A stretch of DNA of 13,465 bases, from assembly GCA_039801225.1 (NCBI GenBank), contig JBDRUH010000044.1:1-13465 (forward strand), read 5' to 3'. Shown here piece by piece: positions 9,057-13,465 of the stretch. This DNA comes from a candidate division WOR-3 bacterium. GTDB lineage: Bacteria; Hydrothermota; Tepidihabitantia; Tepidihabitantales; Tepidihabitantaceae. The position numbers and the translations under genes were made by a program. The notes under the pieces were generated by a model. It was not told the origin of the DNA, did no database searches, and saw only the letters and a program-made list of their open reading frames with translations. Position 1 is the first letter of the stretch, and each line of letters begins with the position of its first letter.

Positions 9057-10160
9057 TCAAATCAAAAACTTTCCATTCTTCATTATTGGTTTACCGTCAC
9101 CGTAAACGGTGAACCCTTGCCTGGTGTCGCAGATCATATCCCAGTGAATCACCGACCTGTTTCTGCTGCCGGTTTTAGGATAGCCGATACCCAATGCCAC
9201 ATGAATTGTGCCGCCGATCTTTTCGTCAAACAGAATGTCTTTGGTGAAACGCTGGATGGAATAATTTGTGCCGAAGGCAAGTTCGCCAACGCGGCGGGCT
9301 CCCTCGTCGGTGTCAAGCATCGCCTTAAGGATATCTTCACCTTTTTCAGCATGCGCCTCCACCACCTTGCCCTTTTTGAAAACCAGCCGGATGTTCTCCA
9401 CCTCTCTCCCCTGGTAGATTGCCGGAAAACTGTAGCGAATATAGCCCTCAGTTTTCCCCTCCTCAGGACCGGTAAAAACCTCGCCATCCGGGAAGTTGTT
9501 ATGACCATCACAGTTCTCCCATTTTCTGCCCTCAACACCAAAGGTGATGTCGGTATCCTTACCTACAACCCTAATAGTGCTAAGTTGATTCAATTTTTTT
9601 ATCAGTTTACGCTGCTGTGCTGAAACCTTCTGCCATTCCTTTATCGGGTCACTCCGCTCCAGCATACCTGCCTGGTAAACAAACTCCTCATATTCGGTTC
9701 GGGACATAGCCGCCTCCTGGGCTAATGCGTCACTGGGAAAGTTGGTAAGAACCCAGCGGAGTTTGCCTGCCGCCTCCCGCTTGAGCCTAATTTCCAAAAG
9801 TTCCTTGCGTGCCTTTTGATATGTTGCCAGTTTCTTCGCATCAATCCCGCTCATCTCCTTCATATTCCACCCGGCGCGAACAAATATAAGCGCATCCGCT
9901 TTTTCCACCTCCAACCGGTCGGTTGGTGGTATAAACCGCAACTGCTTATCATTAGCATAGCGTAAAAAGAGATAACCGGCATCGGCAATCCCTACCCGGA
10001 AGGTAATATTGGCACCAACCTTGAGCGCCTCCATCTGTAAAGCCTTGAGCAAATCCTCAGCCAGATAGGTGCTGTAGACAACCGCCCACTCACCCCTTTT
10101 TAGACGGACGCTATAGTGAATCAGCACCTGGGCTAATTTTTCTATTCTGGGGTCAAACAA
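9057..10160 (-). CDS. M29 family metallo-aminopeptidase (aminopeptidase T/II, AmpS-like)
   Basis: MFDPRIEKLAQVLIHYSV start, NFPDGEVFTGP, GELAFG, DILFDEKIGGTIHVALG-x-GYP and SVIHWDMI metal-ligand motifs. TTG start with SD AGGAGG. Confidence 0.93.
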   Translation of the reverse strand: MFDPRIEKLAQVLIHYSVRLKRGEWAVVYSTYLAEDLLKALQMEALKVGANITFRVGIADAGYLFLRYANDKQLRFIPPTDRLEVEKADALIFVRAGWNMKEMSGIDAKKLATYQKARKELLEIRLKREAAGKLRWVLTNFPSDALAQEAAMSRTEYEEFVYQAGMLERSDPIKEWQKVSAQQRKLIKKLNQLSTIRVVGKDTDITFGVEGRKWENCDGHNNFPDGEVFTGPEEGKTEGYIRYSFPAIYQGREVENIRLVFKKGKVVEAHAEKGEDILKAMLDTDEGARRVGELAFGTNYSIQRFTKDILFDEKIGGTIHVALGIGYPKTGSRNRSVIHWDMICDTRQGFTVYGDGKPIMKNGKFLI

Positions 10161-10183
10161 ACTGTCCTCCTTTTTATTTAGAT

Positions 10184-11548
10184 TTAACCTATATCCTTAT
10201 GTCGGACAAGAAAGAAGCCGACAACACAGCCAATTACTACTAACAAACCGAAACCAAAGAGCAGTCGCCGGGTGGAAAAGAAATTGGTTAACTGACCGAT
10301 GAGGAGTGCGGCAAGGGCGAAAAGGAGATGCAGTAGCCAGTCGCGGGTGGAGAAAATTCTGCCCCGAACTTCCTCGGGCACCACCTCGTGCAAAAGTGTG
10401 TCCATTCCGATATAAACCGGGGAAAGTGCCAACCCGGCGATAAAAACCATTGGCGCCACCGGTGCAAAACTCTTTGATACCGCCAGCCCCATCACCACCA
10501 GCCCCATAACCAGAAAACAGCCCAGCATCACCTGATGTTTTTTTGCCCGGTGACCGAAAATGCCATAGGAGATTGAGGATAAAAGTAGCCCCACCGACCC
10601 AATCGCCGCCACATAACCAACACCTTTTGTACCCAGACCGACACCACCCAACCTCCGGCTTGACTGAATCACCGGGACATAGAGCACCACCACCGCTGCC
10701 GCCAGAAGAACCATTAAAAGGATTGAGGAGTAAACAAAAAGCACCGCCGGCTCACGGCTAACCACCCGCCACAATCCCTTGACACTTTCAATCATCTTTG
10801 ACTGCTCGCGGAGGATTGGGGCATAGCCAGTAGTTCTCTCCTCTCGGTTCAGCCCCAGCCTTTTAAAGATAAAAAGAAGCGATACCACCGAGACAAAGTA
10901 GGTAAAGGCGTCTATATAAAAACCGGCACTCCAGACCGGTCTTATCCCCAGCCGCTCCCAGCCACTCCAGTCAACAATCAATCCACCAAAGAACATCCCG
11001 GCAAATGTCGCCACCCGACCAAGAATATTAATGAACGAGTTGGCACCCAAAACCCTTTCTGTCCCAACTAAGTTGGGAATAATTGCCAGCCGGCTGGTGT
11101 TGAAGAAAAGACCAAATAGAAAAACTAAAAAAGCCAAAAGATAAACTAAAATTAGGTGATTGGTCATTAACACAATCATCGGGATGAAAAATACCACCAG
11201 GGCACGAAAGAAGTCGCAGATAATCATCACCCAGCGCCGGTCCCAGCGGTCTACCAAAATCCCGGCAAGCGGACCAAACAGGACGACCGGTAGTGCAACA
11301 ACAACTGAAAGATAGGAAATCGCCTTGGCACTATCCCAGCCAAACCGGCTGGAGAAGTAGGCGATCATTGCCAAAAGTGCCATATAGTCCAATTTGTCAC
11401 CAAAAAGGGAAAACGCCTGGGAGAAGGAAAAAACCATAAATTCTGGAATTCTTAGAACCGGCAGCAACTGACTTTTATTCTTAGGAATGACTATCGCCCC
11501 AGAGGTCTCTTCTTTCATAGATTGGCTATCGGCTGCTCTGGATGGCAT
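10184..11548 (-). CDS. Major facilitator superfamily transporter (about 12 TM)
   Basis: MFS motif A variant GPLAGILVDRWDRRWVMIICD, Q-x-FSLFGD in TM1 and VPEEVRGRIFS. Likely start is ATG 11548 (SD AAGGAG 6 nt upstream) rather than 11638; 11518 is an alternative. Confidence 0.9.
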   Translation of the reverse strand: MPSRAADSQSMKEETSGAIVIPKNKSQLLPVLRIPEFMVFSFSQAFSLFGDKLDYMALLAMIAYFSSRFGWDSAKAISYLSVVVALPVVLFGPLAGILVDRWDRRWVMIICDFFRALVVFFIPMIVLMTNHLILVYLLAFLVFLFGLFFNTSRLAIIPNLVGTERVLGANSFINILGRVATFAGMFFGGLIVDWSGWERLGIRPVWSAGFYIDAFTYFVSVVSLLFIFKRLGLNREERTTGYAPILREQSKMIESVKGLWRVVSREPAVLFVYSSILLMVLLAAAVVVLYVPVIQSSRRLGGVGLGTKGVGYVAAIGSVGLLLSSISYGIFGHRAKKHQVMLGCFLVMGLVVMGLAVSKSFAPVAPMVFIAGLALSPVYIGMDTLLHEVVPEEVRGRIFSTRDWLLHLLFALAALLIGQLTNFFSTRRLLFGFGLLVVIGCVVGFFLVRHKDIG

Positions 11549-12719
11549 CATCAACTCCTTGGGCGCGAAGCCGGTAACACGGGTTCGGATAACGGGCGAG
11601 CAGTTCTTTGTATAACTCCTTAACCTGAGACGCAACATTTGACCAGGAAAACTCTAGCGCCCTTTTTCTGCCCGCTTCGCCCATCCGCTGTGCCAGTTCC
11701 TTATCCTTGAGAATTTTGATGAGTGCCTGGGCGAGCGCTTTCGGCTCACGCGGTGGCACCAAAAAGCCCTGCTCTCCTGAAGTCAAAACTGTCCGATAAC
11801 CGGTAATGTCAGAGGCAACCACCGGTCTGGCGGTCGCCATCGCCTCAAGCAAGACAATACCAAAACTCTCGTGACCAATTGCTGGTGAACAAAACACATC
11901 ACAACTCCGGTAATATCTCGGACGCTCCTCATTGGGCACCAGCCCTGCCCAGTGAACATGGTCTTCAACCTCTTTCGGCAGATAGCCTTTATAGGCATAG
12001 CCAAAAAGACCAGTTCCGACAACCACCAGTTGAACATCAGGGACCTCACCAACAATATCCGGCAACGCCATTAAAAGATATTTCAACCCTTTACGGGGTT
12101 CAAACCTTCCCAAAAAGAGAATTTTCGGTCGGCCATTGTCAAGTTCTAAAATTGGTGCCACATTCGGGGAGAAAAACTCCACATCCACCCCGTTGGGAAT
12201 AATCCGGAAATCACCGGGAAAGTATTTTGCCGCCGAGTCCCGGGCCGCAGGCGAAACCGCTACCAATCCGTGAATCGCCCGGAAATAGGGCAAAAGAAAG
12301 GAACGGCTGAGGGCATAAGCGATGCTTTTCTCATGCGTGGCATGAAAGGTAAACACATTGATTGCCCTGGAAACCCGCAAAGCCACCAAAGGGAGCGTTG
12401 GTGCAAGTGAGCCATGGAGGTGGATAATATCAAACTTCTCTTTTTCAAAAAACCGCTTCACCCGGGCACACGGACGAATCGCCACCGGTACCCGGGCGAA
12501 TGACTTGTTGGAGCGGATTAAAATTCCTCTACCCACCCGAAAAATCTTGTCCTCATCCGGCACTTTTTCCAGGCAGGCGAGTGTTCTACCGCCAAATTTT
12601 GTCGTAAGAATTTTAACATCATCACCCTGGCGCCGTAACTCCATTGCCAGGTGGTAGATGTGTTCGGCGATGCCACCGATATAGGGGTAGTAGGTGTCTG
12701 AAACCATGCAGACCCGCAT
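11526..12719 (-). CDS. GT4 family glycosyltransferase, PimA (phosphatidylinositol mannosyltransferase)-like
   Basis: GG-x-x-x-H N-terminal loop, TFH, IPNGVD, LFLGRFEPRKG and ESFGIVLLEAMA (EX7E) motifs, plus VVASDI-x-GY. SD AAGGAG sits very close to the ATG. Confidence 0.88.
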   Translation of the reverse strand: MRVCMVSDTYYPYIGGIAEHIYHLAMELRRQGDDVKILTTKFGGRTLACLEKVPDEDKIFRVGRGILIRSNKSFARVPVAIRPCARVKRFFEKEKFDIIHLHGSLAPTLPLVALRVSRAINVFTFHATHEKSIAYALSRSFLLPYFRAIHGLVAVSPAARDSAAKYFPGDFRIIPNGVDVEFFSPNVAPILELDNGRPKILFLGRFEPRKGLKYLLMALPDIVGEVPDVQLVVVGTGLFGYAYKGYLPKEVEDHVHWAGLVPNEERPRYYRSCDVFCSPAIGHESFGIVLLEAMATARPVVASDITGYRTVLTSGEQGFLVPPREPKALAQALIKILKDKELAQRMGEAGRKRALEFSWSNVASQVKELYKELLARYPNPCYRLRAQGVDDAIQSSR

Positions 12720-12740
12720 ATCTCCTTCTTTAAATTCCGC

Positions 12741-13465
12741 TCAACCCCTGCACCCCGCCACTTTGCGATTGGCAAACGCCTCTATTCCGGCTTTAAGAAC
12801 CCGCACGGCGCGAATTAAATCCTCGCACCGGAGCACATAGGCGATTCGCACCTCACTCTTTCCCATACCCGGGGTGATATAAAAACCGTTTGCTGGTGCG
12901 AGCATTACCGTCTCTTTATCCAGATCAAACTCATTAAGTAGAAATATGGCAAACTCCTCGGCATCCGGCACCGGCAGTTTTGCTATCAGGTAGAAGGCGC
13001 CTCGGGGCATAACAAACTCCACCCCGGGAATTTTTTTCAACTCGGCGCCCAGGACATCGCGGCGCTGACGATACTCCTGGCGCACCTGTTCAAAATAGGT
13101 ATCCGGGATTTTTGCCGCATTCTGAGCCGCCAGTTGGTCAATCGTCGGCGGACAGAGTCGTGCCTGACCAAACTTGAGCATTGTCGCCATAAACTCTGAA
13201 TTCCGGCTCACAACGCAACCGACTCTCGCCCCGCAGGCGCTATAGCGCTTAGAGATAGAATCAACCATTATCGCCCGGTCTTCAACCCCGGGTAAGTTCA
13301 AAACACTGAGCGGTTTGGTGTCATCATAAACAAACTCGCGGTAAACCTCATCGCCAATTAAATAAAGCTCGTAATCCAGGGCTAAGGAGCGGAGCAGAAA
13401 CATCTCCTCCTCAGAGTAAACCACACCGGTGGGATTTCCCGGATTGGAGAAAAGGATTGCCCGGG
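12741..13465 (-). CDS. PLP-dependent class I/II aminotransferase (aspartate aminotransferase-like); 5' end lies outside the window
   Basis: Frame is open to the window edge (RAILFSNPGNPTGVVY...). Motifs NP-x-NPTG, DEVYREF, DSISKRYSACGARVG (PLP lysine), P-x-GAFY and EVRIAY. Confidence 0.92.
   Translation of the reverse strand, partial: RAILFSNPGNPTGVVYSEEEMFLLRSLALDYELYLIGDEVYREFVYDDTKPLSVLNLPGVEDRAIMVDSISKRYSACGARVGCVVSRNSEFMATMLKFGQARLCPPTIDQLAAQNAAKIPDTYFEQVRQEYRQRRDVLGAELKKIPGVEFVMPRGAFYLIAKLPVPDAEEFAIFLLNEFDLDKETVMLAPANGFYITPGMGKSEVRIAYVLRCEDLIRAVRVLKAGIEAFANRKVAGCRG

Noticed and set aside
11549..11638. N-terminal extension of the MFS ORF from 11638
   Set aside because: It would overlap the GT4 gene by more than 110 nt, and a good SD supports 11548.
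12717..12734. RBS AAGAAGGAGATAT resembles the T7 gene 10 / pET leader
   Set aside because: The match is short and embedded in a natural 21-nt intergenic gap with no other vector sequence.
9117..12775. Short overlapping ORFs inside the aminopeptidase, MFS and GT4 genes
   Set aside because: Antisense or alternate-frame shadows with no protein family features.

Overview
Bacterial chromosomal window, mostly housekeeping. The C-terminal sorting-domain style of the 380..1000 ORF suggests a WOR-3-like lineage, which is an inference only. From left to right it holds: the 3' end of a LolA-like lipoprotein-sorting protein; a truncated LVIVD-repeat protein remnant; a minus-strand pair encoding a serine palmitoyltransferase-like enzyme and a YghO/bCerS-like GNAT acyltransferase (putative ceramide synthesis); a divergent secreted 5'-nucleotidase-fold protein with degenerate catalytic motifs fused to a ComEA-type helix-hairpin-helix domain; a 23S-5S rRNA unit with its own promoter, boxA and processing stem but no linked 16S gene; a small, very basic, internally duplicated SWIB/MDM2-like protein; and a minus-strand run of class I aminotransferase, PimA/PIG-A-like GT4 glycosyltransferase, MFS transporter and M29 aminopeptidase. 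No mobile element, CRISPR array, tRNA or rRNA intron was seen. All family assignments come from motif recognition by eye, with no database search.
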